Below are positions 1 to 12,890 of a DNA stretch of 64,000 nucleotides, one piece after another. Positions within the stretch are counted from its first letter, which is position 1; each line of letters opens with the position of its first letter. The notes below the pieces were generated by a model that was not told the origin of the DNA, did not search any database, and was given only the letters and a program-made list of their open reading frames with translations. The DNA is taken from the NCBI GenBank assembly GCA_030390025.1, contig CM059433.1, positions 12,340,001 to 12,404,000 on the forward strand, given 5' to 3'. This stretch comes from Squalus acanthias (lineage: Eukaryota). A program made the translations under genes and the position numbers.

Positions 1-130
1 AACCCCGGTATCATTCTGGTGAATCTGCACTGCACCCCCTCCAAGGCCAATATATCCTTCGTGAGGTGCAGTGTCCAGAACAGGATGCAGTGTCCAGATT
101 GGATCTAACCAGAGAAAGCTCTGTAACAAA

Positions 131-960
131 GGGCTGGATTTTGCCAATGGGGAGCTTTTGGAGGCGGGACTCCCACTTGTCGGGTTTTAGTCCCACCTCC
201 ATCGACGTCTGGCCAACCCACGCTATTTTTCCTTGATTGACCTTGTTAAGCCCAACCAGCGGGCTTAGCAGGCCAATTAAGGGGAAGCCGGTTACAGAGA
301 ACATCAGCGTATGACGTTTCATCTGTCAAAAATTTTTGACAGATGAAATGTCGTTTGATAGCTCTGTGAAGCTGTCAAACACTGACATTCTCTGTAGTTT
401 GATGAGTTCTTGTATTCAAAACTCATCAAACCTCTTTATTTAGCAGAAATTAGATGGTTGTTGCATTGGAGAATGCAGCGGCCATCTGTCATCTCTGCCG
501 CGGAGGTGCGAGACTCTCCGCATACCCACCGACTGAAGCCTGCAGGAAGAAACAAAGGTAAGTAAACTTTTTCTAACACTTTCCACTTACCTCACATACT
601 CACCTCTCCACACTTGCACCCATCACTTACCTTCACAGCGCACTTTTGCACCCCGCAGACCCCCGCAGACCCACTGCTCGCCTCGGTGACCCTGGCGGGG
701 TTCGCAGCCTTCGGGAAGCCTGCACTTGTGTGGGTAAAATGGGGATAATCCTCTTATCTGCCTGTTAACTACCTGTTAACAGGCAGTTAAGTGGCTGTAA
801 TCCCCTTCCCGCCTCGAGGAGACGGGACCTGGCGCGGGTCGGCTACCCGCCTCCTGGGACGATGGCATGGAGGCGGGTTTGGGGCAGGATGGGCACCCGC
901 CCCCAGATTCTGCCATTTTCCCGGCAGTCCTGCCTCCCCAGGGCTGGCAAGATCGTGCCC
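131..960. mobile_element. Non-autonomous Harbinger-type MITE, family A, inserted into a minus-strand CR1 fragment (1-130 and 961-990)
   Basis: Imperfect TIRs GGGCTGGATTTTGCC / GGCAAGATCGTGCCC. Internal hairpins. Homologous to 42708-43511 and 60324-60622. The flanks rejoin as CR1 sequence like that at 11200-11250. Confidence 0.75.
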
Positions 961-990
961 AGAACTTCCACCTTTTGTATTCCAGTCCTA

Positions 991-1170
991 AATTTTTTTT
1001 TAATATTCGTTCATGGGATGTGGGTGTCGCTGGCAAGGCCAGCATTTATTGCCCATCCCTAATTGCCCTTGAGAAGGTGGTGGTGAGCCGCCTTCTTGAA
1101 CCGCTGCAGTCCGTGTGGTGAAGGTACTCCCACAGTGCTGTCAGGGAGGGAGTTCCAGGATTTTGACCCT
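991..1170 (-). mobile_element. 3' tail of LINE family B (same family as 57488-59882)
   Basis: Reverse complement of the ...GGGCAATAAATGCTGGCC...poly(A) tail that ends the long LINE near 59880. Confidence 0.85.
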
Positions 1171-1329
1171 GCTGGAAGTGATGGCGGGTGTAAGGTAAGT
1201 CTGCTTTAGCTACCGTGAAGCCATGCCAATGCTGGGTTTAGACCAGAATGACATCATAAGTCCAAAATTGTGACTTTTACACCCTACGGTCCGCTGATCT
1301 AATATATGCCGCTATCAAACATCCACCAC

Positions 1330-2840
1330 CACCCTCCTCCGCCTGGTTGAACTTGTTCTCACATTGAACAACTTCTCCTTTGACTCCACTCACTTCCTCC
1401 AAATTAAAGGTGTTGCTATGGGAACCCGCATGGGCCCTAGCTATGCCTGCCTTTTCATGGGATATGTGGAACATTCTTTGTTCCAGTCCTACTCAGGTCC
1501 CCTCCCTCACCTCTTTTTCTGGAACATCGATGACTGTATCGGTGCCGTCTCCTGCTCTCGCCCTGAACTAGAAAAGTTCATTCACTTTACTTCCAATTTC
1601 CACCCTTCCCTCACCTTCACATGGTCCATCTCCGATTCTTTCCTTCCCTTCCTTGACCTCTCCATCTCCATCTCTGGGGATAGGCTATCGACAAACATCC
1701 ACTACAAGCCCACTGACTCCCACAGCTACCTGGACTACACTTCCTCCCACCCCACTTCCTGTAAGGACTCTATTCCATTCTCTCAGTTTCTCCGTCTCCG
1801 CCGCATCTGTTCTGATGATGCTACCTTCCATACCAGTGCTTCCGATATGTCTTCCTTTTTCCTCAACCGAGGATTCCCCTCTACTGTGGTTGACACGGCC
1901 CTTGACCGTGTCTGTTCCATTTCCCGCACTTCTGCTCTCACCCCGGCCCCTCCCTCCCGGAACCACGATAGAGTTCCCCTCATCCTCACCTTTCATCCCA
2001 CCAGCCTCCACATTCAACGGATCATCCTCCGCCATTTCCTCCACCTCCAACGTGATCCCACCACCAAACGCATCTTCCCCTCACCTCCCCTTTCAGCATT
2101 CCGAAGGGTCCGCTCCCTCCGCGACACCCTGGTCCACTCCTCAATCACCCCCAACAGCCCTTCCCCTTCGCCCGGCACCTTCCCGTGCAAGCGCAGGAGA
2201 TGCAACAGCTGCCCTTTGACCTCCTCCAGGGCCACAAACACCCCTTCCAGGTGAAACAGCGATTTACTTGTACTTCTTGCAATTTAGTATACTGTATTCG
2301 CTGCTCACGATGCGGTCTCCTCTACATTGGGGAGACCAAACGCAGATTGGGCGACCGCTTTGCGGAACACCTCCGTTCAGTCCGTAAGGGTGACCCCGAG
2401 CTTCCGGGCTTCTGTCACTTTAATTCTCCGCTCCACTCCCACTCTGACCTCTCCGTCCCCGGCCTCTTCCACTGTTCCAATGAAGCTCAACGTAAGCTCG
2501 AGGAACAGCACCTCATCTTTCGATTAGGCACTTTACAGCCTTCTGTACTCAACATTGAGTTCAACAATTTCAGACTATAACCCTTATCCCCATTTTTCAG
2601 GCTGTTTATGTTTTTGCCATCCCCATTTGCAACATTTAATCTCTCCTGCCTCCTACCCTAGCACAGACCGTTCCTTCCTTCCCTCCCCTCCCCCTTTCCC
2701 TGCCTCTGCACCTGCTTAAAACCTGTTACATCTCGAGCCTTCTCCAGTTCTGATGAAGGGTCCCAGACCGGAAACGTTGACTCTCTTTCTCTCTCCACGG
2801 ATGCTGCCTGGCCTGCTGAGTGTTTCCAGCATTTTCTGTA
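1330..2840 (+). mobile_element. Penelope-like retroelement, family 1, 5'-truncated: RT (1364-2254) and frameshifted GIY-YIG endonuclease (2185-2580)
   Basis: RT motifs QIKGVAMGTRMGP, IDD, FLDL, YKPTD. CxxC and 'VYCIRCSRCGLLYIGET..LGDRFAEH' GIY-YIG signature. 3' UTR carries a hammerhead motif. Confidence 0.93.
2745..2785 (+). ncRNA. Minimal type I hammerhead ribozyme motif of Penelope family 1
   Basis: CTGATGA core at 2750, stem II GGTC/GACC, GAAAC followed by palindromic AACGTT. Position matches known PLE hammerheads. Confidence 0.7.
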
Positions 2841-3689
2841 GTTACTTAGACACACAGCCGATGAAGACTGATTTGGGGATCTTACAGGGTAATTGCTGCT
2901 TTTCACTGTGTTGTTAGATAGAGGCTCATAATGTGAATCTGGATTGGTCTTGTGACAAACTTTTTTCTGCTCTTCATTTTGAACGCTCCTAACTTAATTT
3001 GGAAGTCTCCTATGAGACTGTTCCTTGTTTGGAGAATTTTCGTAAAATTAAGAGGAAGGATGCAAAATGTTTTTTGCATGCAGATTCGTATCTTTATCAT
3101 TTATTTGCTGGAGGTGGAAGATGAAGAGGAACAGCAGGCAACCTGGGAAGCCAAAACTTATAAGGCAGTAGCGCAAAGAATCTTCAAATACTCAGCCACC
3201 AGGGTGCATAGCTCCAGAAGCTCATTCCTCAATATATTCATGCAGTTATGTGTCACAAGGTCTTTGTGTTCTGTAGGGCACGTGGAGAGGTTCTGAAGCT
3301 ACCATTCACTCCAGGATGCTCTGCATTGTAGAGAAGTCCATTCGAAGAGCGCCGGAAAGGATGGCTTTGGACTTTGCTGCCACCCCTGCCATCTGCTGCA
3401 CACCTTTGGAGAATTTTTTCATTGTCTTCATACGGTTCTGATGCTTCACAAGCATTTGTCTTTTCATGGCAAGACCCCTGTCATCGTCGTCTGTACACTC
3501 AAAAGCCAGTGTCTGACATCTGCTAAGCTGCTGCTCAGGTAAGTCATGCTCCATCCACTTCCAATACCTTATCCTCTGGCTTCATTTGTGAGTTATGAAT
3601 CGCCCGATGTCAATTCCTCATCTCGACTATCTGTAGTATTTGTGCACAGTTCTGGCCTCCGTATTACAAAACAGATATAGAGGCACTGG

Positions 3690-4180
3690 AGAAGGTGTAA
3701 GAATGATTTCCAAGAGTGATACCAGAACTAAGAGGTTATACCAATCAGGAAAGACTGAAAGGCTGGGGCTCTTTTCTCTAGAAAAGAGAAGGCTGAGGGG
3801 TGACCCGATAGAGATCTTTAAAATTATGAAGGGGTTCAATAGTGTAGACATAGAGAAATTGTTTCCACTCGTGGGGGAGTCCAAAACTAGGGGCCATAAA
3901 TAGAAGATAGTCACCAATAAATCCAACAGGGAATTCAGGAGGAACATCTTTACCCGAGAGTGGTGAGAATGTGGAACTCACTACCATGTGGAGTGGGTGA
4001 GGCGAATAGCATAGATGCATTTAAGCAAAAGCTAGATAAACACATGAGGGAGAAAGGAATAGAAGGTTATGTTGATTGGGTGAGATGAAGAGGGGTGGGA
4101 GGAGGCTCGTGTGGAGCATAAACACCAGCATGGACCAGTTGGGCCGAATGGCCTGTTTCTGTGCTGTACATTCTATGTAA
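3690..4180 (+). mobile_element. CR1 LINE 3' fragment
   Basis: LGLFSLEKRRLRGD..KIMKG..TRGH C-terminal ORF2 motif, and 3' end GGGCCGAATGGCC...TTCTATG. Confidence 0.9.
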
Positions 4181-5077
4181 TTCCATGTAATTGTATTATA
4201 TTCCTTCGTATTTTCAAGAATTTCATAACTTATATTTATGTAGATTTTAATCTTGAATTTTCTGATACAGGTGATCTAATATTAGCTATGAATTCTAGCA
4301 CAGGTCTTCAAAAGAATGATATTCTGGATTACTGCCTCGGCCACATTGAGGTCCAACTATACTTAAGATGGCAATCCACATGGACGTTCTAAGTGCATGC
4401 CATGCCAGAGAGCTTGCGCACAATGTTGGAGAGGATGGAGGAGTCCAGCTACAACTTGTGTGCTGTCTTTACACACGTCAATGAGACCATGTAGTCAATT
4501 ATGGAGCAAGTGGTCAGCTCTATGAGCACTGCAGAGGGGCCAGCGGCACTCGGAGCCTCCAGTGACGGCTCTTACAGCTTCGATGGAAGCTCAGGGTGCG
4601 GCCATCTTGGCTCTGAGGTCCAGCATCTCCTCTGGCTTTCAAAGCTGAAGGAAAGCTTGAATCGGGACTGCGAGAGCCTCCCAGCATCCCTGCACTCAGT
4701 GGGAGTACTGAGGGCCCCTGAGCCTGGCATTGGTTCCATGGAAGAGGCACATGCTAACCTCTCTCAGGATGACAGCATGCCTGCTCCCCCCGCCAGACTC
4801 TCAACCAGTGCCCTTGTTGCTGCCAGACTGCCAGCTGGGCCAGACTGCCCCATCTGTAGCTGAATTCTAGTAGTCTGCACCCAGACCCTAAATGGCTCCT
4901 CAAAGTTGCCCACCACAGCCATCTCAAGTTCCTTCAGTGGAAGCTCAGCAGCCTTCCACCTTGCAAGTTATAGCCACTGGGGAACCACCTTATATGATCA
5001 CTGGAATAGGCAACTGAGCATCCAAGACAGGCACTAGGGCTCTGCAGAAGTTTTATTTGTAGCTAGGCATCAGTTTA

Positions 5078-5450
5078 AGAACATAAGAAATAGGAACAGG
5101 AGTCGGCCATTTGGCCCTTTGAGCCTGCTCCGCCATTCAATAAGATCATGGCTGATCTTCTGCCTCATCTCCACTTTCCTGCACTATCCCCATATCCCTT
5201 GATTCTCTTAATATTCAAAAATCTATCGATCTCTGTCTTGAATATACTCAATGACTGAGCCTCCACAGCCCTCTGGGGTAGAGAATTGCAAAGATTCCCC
5301 ACCCTCTGAGTGAAGAAATTTCTCCTCATCTCAGTCCTAAATGGCCGACCCCTTATTCTGAGACTGTGACCCCTGGTTCTAGACTCCCCAGCCAGGGGAA
5401 ACATCCTCCCTGCATCTACCCTGTCAAGTCCTGTAAGAATTTTGTATGTT
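5078..5450 (-). mobile_element. CR1 LINE 3' fragment
   Basis: ORF 5165-5467 (YKILTGLDRVDAGRMFP..TRGHSLR..RNFFTQRV) and AAGAACAT tail repeats. Confidence 0.92.
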
Positions 5451-5571
5451 TGGTAACCATTTGTCAAATGACGAATGGAATCTTTTGGAGTAATGAAGTA
5501 AAATAGCTATTGGTCTTCATAATCTTAGCGATGTAACAGAAACAAACATGAAGTTGTACTGTATGAGTTCT

Positions 5572-5861
5572 TCTCTTCTCTTCTTAGGCAGTCCCTCGGA
5601 ACTGAGGATGACTTGCTTCCACATTAAAAATGAGCTCTCAGGTGACTGATGAGTCCAATGCGGGACCTACAGTCTCTGTCACAGGTGGGGCAGACGGTGG
5701 TTGAAGGGGCGGGTGGGTGGGTGCTTGGGTTGACGTGCGCTCCTTGCGCTGCCTGCGCTTGGCTTCCGCTTGCTCCCGGCGAAGAGACTCGAGGTGTTCG
5801 GCGCCTTCCCTGGATGCTTCTCCTCCACTTTGTGCGGTCTTGGGCCAGGGATTCCCAGGTG
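5572..5861 (-). mobile_element. RTE-clade LINE 3' end
   Basis: Minus strand reads TWESLAQDRTKWRRSI, the RTE ORF C-terminal motif. Ends in a (GAA)n tail, seen as TTCTTC on +. Confidence 0.8.
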
Positions 5862-7762
5862 GGAGTACATTGATGTGGTGGGGGTCAGGACTGAGTCAGA
5901 TGGAAGGAGGGAGTATTGGTCAGCTGGGGAGGGGAAGGATGTATCAGGAGAATCTCTCCTCACAGCTCTGGCAGCTCGGAGTATTGCTCGGTCGTGCTCT
6001 TCCTCTACATTCTCAGGTTCCTCATCCCCTTCTTCATCTTCTTGCTTCTTCCTCCTCAGGCAGCTCCAAGGCAATTCCCCTTTGTATAGCAAGATTGTGG
6101 AGCGTACAGCAAATGATTAGGAATTTTGACACTCGCTCTGGGCTGTTCTGAAGGACTCCTCCTGAGCTGTCCAGACAGTGGAACTGTTGTTTCAATGGTT
6201 GGCTCGATCAGAACCATTGTTGCTGCACCATTCTCATCATATCGGCACTCTCCGTCTGTCCCTGGGTTCCTGACAGGAGTCACGGGCCAATTGGTGAGGT
6301 GACAGCCCTTGTCCAGCCTGCCACCGAATGGTCTTGGTGGAACAGAGAGGGCTTTTGAGGACTGGCGTAGAATGAAAGTGTCATGACTGCTACCAGGAAA
6401 CCGGGGCACACACCTGTATGTGTCCCTACCTGTGGTCACGTCAAGCGAATGGATGCCCTTCCCGTTGAGAAACAGAGCTGATTCAGATGGGGCGCGTGCA
6501 GGGCTACATTCGTGCAGTCTATGATGCCCTGTGCCTGTGGGAATCCAGAATGCTGTCTGCCTCCATGACAAAGCTAATGAACTGTTGACGCCTCGTGAAC
6601 AGTGACCTGTTGGATGGCCGTGTGAACAGCAAACTGACTGATGTTGCTGATGTCACCAAAAGCAGCTTGGAAGGAGCTGGAGGCATAAAAGATTGGAGCC
6701 ACGGTGCCCTTCACTGCCACAGGCCCTGGTGTTGGGCTCCAATTCTCACTCCAACGGGTGGCACAGGTAAGTGATCATCTCCCTGTTGAAACGCAGCCAC
6801 ATTACACACTGCTCCTCGGTGAGGTCCAGGTATGGCGTTCTGTTTCTGTATACCTGCATGCTGTAATGCCTTCTGGACCCTTGGCTCCTTCGCCCTCTTC
6901 TTGCAGCCCGTGCGTGGTCTTTGCTGCATTTTTTTTTTTGCTGCTGCTCTTCCTCCTGATTTGAGAGGGTCGATGGTAAACATGCCCACATTTAGCAATT
7001 GCAAACGAGGAAATCCTGTGGAACAGTTCTCCACAAACTCACTCTGCAAAAGTATCTCAGGACCAAACCCCTGCCAAAAACAACCAAAAACACGGTCCAA
7101 AAGCACCCTTGCGGCTTAAAAATGACTAACCAAAGACTCACCTTAATGGAAGTGAGGATCCCTTTAGATGCCGCTTGTGAAAGCTGCTTACTGACTGTTC
7201 ATGCCGAGATTTGCTGGGCGGGTTAAGGAATTGACGTTTCAGGTACGCACGGACACCTGTTTAACAAAAGGATTCTGATTCAGGCGCAGGACCTTTACGA
7301 ACATATTTAAATGATGCCTGTGTTCGTTACAGGCGGGGATGCCTGTCGAGCACACAAACCAATATGGCGTTGCTGGCACTTCTGGTGCCGTCCCGCTCGG
7401 AACGCCGCACTGCGGAATTTGACTTAGTGGTGCCTGTTTTGAACCCGGAAAATGTCCAAAACGCATTTCAATTTTTACCCCCGTGAATTTGATCATCTCT
7501 ATCTGTGCTTGTTCTTGTGTTCCAAACAAGATATTGTCTACCGTTTTTCAAAGGGTGGTGACTGTTATAGCATTAGTTGCTTTAGCTGGGAACTCATTCC
7601 ATATATATATATATATATACACAATTTTGTTGGAAGTAAAAATATTCCTTTCAATTGAATTGGGATGTTTTAATTTTTATTCTGCTGTCCTCTAGATCTC
7701 CTTTTACAGTCGAAGTTAAATAACCCACTTATATCTACATTAACCATTCTTCTCAGCATTTT

Positions 7763-8240
7763 AAAGAAAGAAGGAAAGACTTGCATTTATATAGCACCTT
7801 TCACGACCACCGGACGTCTCAAAGCTCTTTATAGCCAATGAAGTACTTTTTGAAGTGGAGTCACTGCTGTAATGTGGGAAACGCAGCAGCCAATTTGCGC
7901 ACAGCAAGGTCCCACAAACAGCAAGGTGATAATGACCAGGAAATCTGTTTTTGTTATGTTGGTTGAGGGATAAATATTGGCCCAGGACACCGAGGATAAC
8001 TCCCCTGCTCTTCTTCGAAATAATGGCCATGGGATCTTTTACGTCCACCTGAGAGAGTAGACGGGGCCTCGGTTTAATGTCTCATTCAAAAGACACCACC
8101 TCTGACAGTGCAGCACTCCCTCAGCACTGCACTGGGAGTGTCAGCCTAGCTTTATGTGCTCAAGTCTCTGGAGTGGGACTGTGAACCCACAACCTTCTGA
8201 CTCAGAGGCGAGTGTGCTACCCACTGAGCCACAGCTGACA
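7763..8240 (-). mobile_element. tRNA-derived DeuSINE (SacSINE1/AmnSINE-like), full length
   Basis: Head TGGCTCAGTGG (A box) ... GGTTCA (B box). Deu-domain-like core GGTGGACGTAAAAGATCCCATGGC. L2-type tail GCTATATAAATGCAAGT. Confidence 0.85.
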
Positions 8241-9447
8241 AGATGTGGATCACATCTCTTTTCAAGATTTTTTTTCTTGAATGAAAATAATGTTAGTTCT
8301 GTGAGTTACTCTAGATTAGGAACTGTGGGGGAAATGTTCCCTGTGTGCTATGTGTAGCCAAATTGCAAACTTACTTGCTTAATAAACAGGTTTATAAATT
8401 TTGTCACACACAGCGTGCAAATCCTCCGCTCTTTGATTACATCACTGCTGTTTTAAAAAAAAATACTTCTTGTACATACAATTTTTACACTCGCTATGTT
8501 TATCAATTTTCCTATTAAATCTTACAGTTACAAACCAAACCAAAATTAAAATCTTTCCGATGCATTTTTGTACTGCTCCCCATTCCTACTTCAAAAAGTT
8601 TGAATTCTACTCCGAGTAAACGTATAAAAAATAAACTTCATCACAGTAGTTACGATTTTTAACACCTCCCTGTTCCAGGCTGACTTCACTCTTGCCACTT
8701 TCGGTTTTTGAATGATAATGATTAAAACTTATTTAATTTGAGAGGTACAGCATACCAGTAATAACAGTCACTACAGGGGCGACTGCCTTTAATATAATCC
8801 AGATGTCATGCCAAAGAGAAACCTCCTCAGCAGTACGTGACTGCTTATCTGCATGCTCAGGAATTAGTGCCTCATATAGTCACACTGCGGTGGCTGATAA
8901 TCCTTGAATACATTAAATATATAATTTTCGGCCAGGCTACAATCTTAGCTGGCGAATGTGCAACTGTGAGGTGCAATACTAAATTATAAAATGTTGCTGT
9001 GCCTCTCAGAATTTCATTTCTGTGGATGCAATTGCTTTGAAATGAGGCTGCTTGAATATTAGTGTATGAACGATTAACCTATTTGTATGGAATTTCTTTG
9101 TTACACTGTTTTAACATATTTAACAGAATATTTGAAGTGCTTAATTTCTAGACAAATGTGTGAAAATGTTGGTCTTGCTTGTGGGGTTTTATCATGTCGA
9201 ATGTTATCAGAAGTACAGCACCGATAAGCCAGACCAAAGTACTACAAGAACTTGACTCCAGGTGAGATCAGGCCAATTTTTCTTGATTTAAGAACATTCG
9301 TCCCACCTCCCATTTTTTCGAGCTGTGTTTCTCTTGATTATGCACCTCCTGGTGCTGAAAGGGTATAGAGGCCTTCTCTAATGCCTGTTGAGTCAGTTGC
9401 TAGGAGGAGCACCAATTTTTCCTCCTTTCTTGTGGGGAAATGTGTTA

Positions 9448-9960
9448 CATAAGAACATAAGAACTAGGAGCAGGAGTAGGCCATCCGGCCCCTCGAGCCT
9501 GCTCCACCATTCAATAAGATCATGATCTGATCTGATCTTGGCCTCAACTCCACTTTCCTGCCCTCTCCCCATAACCCTTGACTCCCCTGTTTTTCAAAAA
9601 TCTGTCTATCTCCAGCCTTGAATATATTCACTGACCCAGCCTCCACAGCTCTCTGGGGTAGAGAATTCCAAAGATTCTGAGAGAAGAAATTCCTCCTCAT
9701 CTCCGTTTTAAATGGGCGACCTCTTATTCTGAAACTATGCCCCCTAGTTCTAGACTCCCCCATGAGGGGAAACATCCTCTCTGCATCTACCCTGTCGAGC
9801 CCCCTCAGAATCTTATATGTTTCAATAAGATCACCTCTCGTTCTTCTAATCTCCAGTGAGTATAGGCCCAACCTGCTCAACCTTTCCTCATAAGACAACC
9901 CCTTCATCCCAGGAATCAACCTCATGAACCTTCTCTGAACTGCCTCCAGTGCAAGTATAC
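9448..9960 (-). mobile_element. CR1 LINE 3' fragment
   Basis: ORF 9464-10006: LEAVQRRFMRLIPGMKGLSYEERL... Confidence 0.92.
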
Positions 9961-10679
9961 CTCTGCTTGACATCTTCCAACATGATATGGCAGTGATGGG
10001 GAACAAACCTGTGTCCTTTCACTCTATAAAACCATACGTTGTACTCCAATCATAGGGTCACAAGATAGTTACAGATTAGCAATGGCATTTGGAACATTTT
10101 AGTTTATCCAACCAGAAATACACTATCATGCCATCCAATTGTTTCTTAAATGTTTCTGGGTTTTTGTTCCCACTCCTGTACCTGGAAGTCCATTGCACAT
10201 GCTGATAATTTTCTATCTAAAGAACGTCAGTCCTAAGTTTACCTTTTAGTTTGAACCTGTATACATGTGTGGAGGCCATAAGTTGAGCAGATCACCCATG
10301 AGCCAGAGGTGGAATTTGGGGCACAATCTGGATCTGCTGGGTTTCTGTCCCATTTGGGCTTCATCAGAAATCCTAATGTGGGGCAGGGGTGGGGACATGG
10401 ATGCATCTTCTTTCCCCCCCCACCCCCATCCTCCACACACACATCTGCAGCCAGCTTTGAGGGGGTGTGTCTGGGGTGTTCCTGGGCTAGCAAAGGAATT
10501 CTGCCCAGCACACTTAACTGATAGACACAGCAGGACCTACACTTGCTCTTAGTGGGTGTAGGCCCCATAATTGGCCTTAATCAGGCTCCAAGATTGCTAG
10601 TAAGAAAGGTTATCAATCCCAGAGGAGCAGTCAAAATATTTTGACGCCATTTTCTTCCAAGGCCTCAGAGCCTCTCTGA

Positions 10680-11510
10680 CATAGGAACAGGAGGAGGCCA
10701 TTGAGCCCCTCGAGCCTGTTCCGCCTTTCAATGAGATCATGGCTGATCTGCGACCTAACTCCTTTGGTCCATATCCCTTAATACATTTGATTAACAAAAG
10801 CTATCAATCTCCGATTTAAAATTAACAATTGATCTAGCATCAATTGCCGTTTGCGGAAGAGAGTTCCAAACTTCTACCACCCTTTGTGTGTAGAAGTGTT
10901 TCCTAATTTCACTCCTGAAAGGTCTGGCTTTAATTTTTAGACTATGCCCCCTAGTCCTAGAATCCCCAACCAGCAGATGTAGTTTCTCTCTATCTACCCG
11001 ATCTGTTCCCCTTAATATCTTGAAAACTTCGATCAGATCACCCCTTAACCTTCTAAATTCTAGGGAATACAACCCTAATTTGTGTAATCTCTCCTTGTAA
11101 CTTAACCCTTGAAGTCCGGGTATCATTCTGGTAAACCTCCGCTGCACTCCCTAAGGTGTGGTGCCCAGAATTGCTCACAGTGCTCCAGGTGTGGTCTAAC
11201 CAGGGCTTTGTGTAGCTGCAGCATAACTTCTACCCCCTTGTATTCTAGTCCTCTAGATATAAAGGCCAGCATTCCATTAGCCTTTTAAATTATTTTCTGT
11301 ACCTGTTCATGACATTTTAACGATGTATGTACCTGGATCCCGCCCCCCGCAAGTCTCTTTGGACCTCCGCTGTTTTTAGCCTTTCACCATTTAGAAAATA
11401 CCCTGTTCTATCCTTTTTAGGTCCAAAGTGGATGACCTCACATTTGCCTACATTGAAATCCATTTGCCACAGTTTTGCCCATTCACTCAATCTGTCAATA
11501 TCCCTTTGTA
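10680..11510 (-). mobile_element. CR1 LINE 3' fragment
   Basis: ORF 10791-11147: QRRFTRMIPGLQGLSYKERL..FYTQRVVEVWNSLP. Confidence 0.9.
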
Positions 11511-11844
11511 AGAGCGGCAGGGCATCGTGTTGGCCAGAAGTCCTGTCCTGTCACAATCTTGTTGGTGAAATGGAGCCTCTGAAGCTTCAGCCCTCAAGCT
11601 TTCAGTTTTTCCTCCTCCCTGGTGGCCCATTCACTGACCCGGCCGCCCTTATATCTGTGACTAGAACTGGACCCAGTACTAAAGATGTGGTCCGACCAGA
11701 GCAATACACATTTGGAGTAGGACTTCCTCAGACTATATGGTACTCCATAGTTCAGCATTTGGTTTGTTTCATTGTTGCTGCTCTACAGTAGTTGGACATG
11801 TTGAGCACTAAGTTTATGTCCTGGGTCTACGTGTTGCCAACAAG

Positions 11845-12085
11845 TTCCCCTCCAAGTCACACACAGGATCCTGACTTAGAAGTATATCGCTGATCCTTCA
11901 TCGTCGCTGGGTCAAAATCCTGGAACTCCCTCCCTAACAGCACTGTGGGAGTACCATCACTACACGGACTGCAGCGGTTCAAGAAGGCGGCTCACCACCA
12001 CCTTCTCAAGGGCAATTAGGGATGGGCAATAAATGCTGGCCTTGGCAGCGACGCCCACATTGCATAAGGGAATTTAAAAAAAAAA
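11845..12085 (+). mobile_element. LINE family B 3' tail (further copies at 16850-17088 +, 17725-18010 +, 18965-19090 -)
   Basis: Near-identical to 59690-59882; ends in poly(A). Confidence 0.85.
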
Positions 12086-12128
12086 TTCCACATTTATAAG
12101 TGGTGGTCTTTATTTTTTGAAATACAAT

Positions 12129-12890
12129 GGCCCAGAAATTAAACATGGATGGTTCCCGCGGGGGTAAGGATTCCCCGCGATATCGCACTCCACGCCTACC
12201 TTTTTGCTCCGGGCCCACAGGAACTTTAGTTTCAAACGCTCTCTCTGTTGGAACTGTGCAGTGCTTGCGTGACCCAGAGACGCAATTAGTTCGTGCGAGC
12301 TCTGGGATCACGTGATTTAGTTAGAGCCAATGGCAGCACACCATCTTTCATTTATAGTTTTGACGGCTATAGCTGTCAAAGCTATGAATACTACACACCC
12401 CCAAAAGAACAGCTAAACCTCAATTAAATTTAAAAAAGCCATCACATTAATAAAATAAGTATAGTTAAATAAATTAACCACTTTAAACAAAAAATTAAAT
12501 TTTTGAAAAAATTTAAAATCTTTTTAAAAGTTATAAAAATAAACTTACCTTTCTTTAAAGTCTCTAAAAAAGATAAACCTGTTGAAAAAAATTTAAAATA
12601 ACACTTAATTAACTACTTACCTTGTTAAAAGGGGGTCCTACGCCTGCTTTCTTTGTGGGTAAAATCTTCACCACTTACCTGCGCGTTCAAAGCTGGAAAA
12701 AAAACTAAGTGCACTGCGTGTGCACAGCCTGTAGCGCGCACGCGGTTCACTTAGGAACCGCCCCCTTTTCAATTCACGAAGTGCCGGTTTCCCGCGCATG
12801 CGCAGTGCATGCAGGAAACCGGCAATTCGGGATCTAATACGCGAGAGTACACAGTGCGTACTCTCGCGTATTAGGTTTAATTTTCGGGCC
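12129..12890. mobile_element. Harbinger-type MITE family B, copy 1
   Basis: TIRs GGCCCAGAAATTAAAC / GTTTAATTTTCGGGCC with AAT/ATT flanks. AT-rich core and GC-rich subterminal palindromes. Confidence 0.8.

Larger units (their letters stand above)
4395..7482. mobile_element. Decayed Harbinger element: 3' part of the Myb-like gene (+, ~4400-5050) and transposase pseudogene (-, ~5950-6900), interrupted by CR1 and RTE insertions
   Basis: Minus-strand peptides YLDLTEEQC..LRF, FLNGKGIHSL, RFPGSSHDTFILRQS, LDKG. 4400-5050 resembles the 32566-33627 ORF. Terminal ...ATTTTTACCCCC near 7480. Confidence 0.75.

Noticed and set aside
7763..8240. tRNA genes at SINE heads
   Set aside because: The A/B boxes run straight into the SINE body and no complete cloverleaf is evident.
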